NCBI GenBank assembly: GCA_001600695.1
Contig: BCKQ01000006.1
Span: 837,472-901,471 of the forward strand
Source: Ascoidea asiatica JCM 7603
Taxonomy: Eukaryota; Fungi; Ascomycota
Length of the DNA stretch: 64,000 nt
Direction: 5' to 3'
In this document: positions 63,220 through 64,000 of the stretch, one piece after another
How positions within the stretch are numbered: position 1 is the first letter of the stretch
How the letters are laid out: each line of letters begins with the position of its first letter
Translations under genes and position numbers: made by a program
Notes under the pieces: generated by a model
Databases searched by the model: none
What the model was told of the DNA's origin: nothing
The model's input: the letters and a program-made list of their open reading frames with translations, nothing else

Positions 63220-63540
63220 CTTGGTTAAAGTAATAATGTAATAATTCAATAATCTTGTAATTTTACAATTCCAAAATATACCGATTTCTCAAAAAGAAGA
63301 CTATATTACTGTCGTTATTTTTGATTTAATCAACAAAATGGTAAAAAAGTAGCAGTAATAATTACATACTGTATATCTCGAGGTCTCTTCTTACTGGTAA
63401 GTTACCATACTTAATTGATTTTGATCTTATCTACCGGTAACATTAGCAGTAATTAGGGAGTTTGGTCCGACCAACATTTATACAAGAAAAGTCAGGTGAC
63501 TCTTGGGCAAGTAGGTTATTCCGGAAGCCAAATCAGACTT

Positions 63541-63548
63541 TAGCCGCC
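63541..63548 (+). promoter_or_regulatory. URS1 core (Ume6) TAGCCGCC
   Basis: Exact URS1 core in the GC-rich island upstream of NIT3; a Gcn4-like TGACTC lies nearby at ~63497. Confidence 0.45.
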
Positions 63549-64000
63549 TTCCAAACCACGTGCGCTGTCTGTGTTTTAATTTGCCCTCGGCATTGGAGCT
63601 GGAGTAACAAACCCCAGCCTTTAGAGGCTTTATCTCTGGAGATGGCCAAATTAGCCGAGTAAACAGCATTTACCGTGGAATATCACAAATAGCTTTATTC
63701 CAGTACAGTAGCATTGTGTTAGTGTTTGTCGCTAATAACAGCACGTTTAAGCCGATTTCACCCTTCTAAGACACTTTTTACCATTCCTCAGTATATTTGA
63801 TTTTTTATTTTTAAACCCACTTCTTTAAATGGAACTATTTATACCGGTAAATAATAAAATAAGAATTCTATAAAAGATAATTAATAATAATACTGATTAA
63901 TATATATTAAAAGATAATATATAAAAGTTATAATAAAAATTATTAAAGATATTAAATAAAAATAAAGAAAAATAATTTTGAAAAGTAAGGGAAAAACAAC

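Overview
Gene-dense (~27 protein genes, 1 tRNA) nuclear segment of an extremely AT-rich budding yeast (Saccharomycotina) with pervasive poly-Asn (AAT)n expansions. It is Ascoidea-like by style, which is an inference only. Gene order: ERV14, a cryptic 4-exon REC102-like meiotic gene, MLS1, RTC1/SEA2, a kelch-BTB protein, a frameshifted pogo/CENP-B-type HTH gene, SKI8/REC103, a PIF/Harbinger-type Myb/SANT gene, DDI1, RTR1, RRG1, GAT1, PFA4, a tandem DH-PH Tus1-like protein, BOS1, STE50, RRP7, GND1, TIF11, STB4, APP1, TMA46, initiator tRNA-Met, GIM4, HIS1, MCM6, NIT3. Nine spliceosomal introns in seven genes were reconstructed by hand; the ORF track misses them. Most notable: (1) two catalytic-domain-less, transposon-type DNA-binding genes from different superfamilies flank SKI8; (2) a hidden three-intron REC102-like gene has non-canonical splice sites and a URS1-like element overlapping a branchpoint; (3) a RhoGEF-like protein carries two diverged DH-PH modules and no CNH domain; (4) the Rtc1 RING finger has lost exactly one zinc site. 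All homology calls come from motif recognition by eye, not database searches.
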